64,000 nt of DNA from Camelus ferus. Taxonomy: Eukaryota. The notes under the pieces were generated by a model that was not told the origin of the DNA, made no database searches, and saw only the letters and a program-made list of their open reading frames with translations. Below are positions 63,024-64,000 of the stretch, piece after piece (the first letter of the stretch is position 1; every line of letters begins with the position of its first letter). The translations under genes were made by a program, and so were the position numbers. The stretch lies in NCBI RefSeq assembly GCF_009834535.1, contig NC_045700.1, positions 69,874,001 to 69,938,000 of the forward strand. The letters run 5' to 3'.

Positions 63024-64000
63024 TGCTAGGAGCAGTACTTAGAGCCTCCTGTTTCCAATTATTCAGAAGTTGCTGAAAATTTCTTCTTTTAGTTTGCAGC
63101 TTTTAACATATGAACTTGGCTCTATGAAATGTATATGTGTGCTGGGTTTCAGGGAGTTCAATTTCACAGGCAGAAAAATAAAAACGTTTCTCACTTTTTC
63201 GTGTTCAAAAAGAAAAAGATCAGAAACACACACAAGCATCTTACGTGTTTAGAGTTGAATGAGGAAGGAAATTCAACCAAATAAATTCAGGGTAATATGT
63301 ATAATTTCGAGACATTAAGAAAATGATTAACCCAACACATGCACATAGGATCTTTATGTTCCTGGAGACCTTCACTGTCCAGGTGCCAGCTGCCCACCAA
63401 CTGCCCTTTTCTGAATACTGACCTTGTGTATTTTGTTTGACAAGGTTTGCATTGGGAAATCTATGTGGAAACTCAAATGGTTTATGTGACATTTTGCTGA
63501 CAAGCTAAGCCTTAATTTCGCTATTGTAATTAAAATTTTACAGAGTTTTAGCATAGTGGAAATATTGCTTTTCTCTGCTAAGTCATATGCATGGGTTGAG
63601 GAAAGGGATTCCTGTCCTCTGAGCCTGGCTTGATTCCAGGCTGACCTGGGTGTGAGACTGAGGGCTTTTCTTAGGCCTGAGTGACCCTGCCAGGTCAGGC
63701 CTGCTGTTTAATCTGGGTCCAAAGGAACCTGGGAAAACTGAGGCCCTTCTGGTGTAGATGGAAAGGTTTATTTAGATCAGCTTAGATACAGGAAATCAGA
63801 GAAAATCCTGAACAGATAGAAAATGACCTCCCTCCTTGTTACTGGGACCGCCTGGTATGCCCCTGGTTCCTCAGGGCCACTTCAGGTGGCAGAATCCCCA
63901 CCATGAACTAACATTGCTGTAGTTCCCAATCGGATACATGCTATTGTCACAGAAATGCATTATCTCCTTTAATCCTTCCCTCAGCCCTGTGAGGTTGGCA

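Overview
Mammalian, repeat-rich, apparently non-coding genomic DNA. Two tRNA-derived SINEs match my recollection of the camelid Vic-1 family, so the source is probably alpaca, llama or camel. I recognise no protein-coding exon; the listed ORFs look like chance frames, low-complexity artefacts or L1 remnants. Much of the window is old interspersed repeat (L1, L2, MIR, MLT1, MER5, MER20, MER34, MER39), with family names and most boundaries judged by eye. The non-repeat signal suggests the 5' regulatory part of a large, unidentified + strand gene: two CpG-rich promoter-like islands (~7.4-7.9 kb and ~34.4-35.3 kb), each with first-exon-type splice donors. Two features stand out. One is a 238-bp inverted duplication with 3 mismatches (21578-21815 and 22973-23210) around a 1157-bp spacer. 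The other is a clean minus-strand TATA/Inr promoter at ~49.5 kb with a 79-nt exon 1, a 93-nt intron and a 31-38 aa smORF. Seven N runs of 134-292 nt hide sequence I cannot assess.
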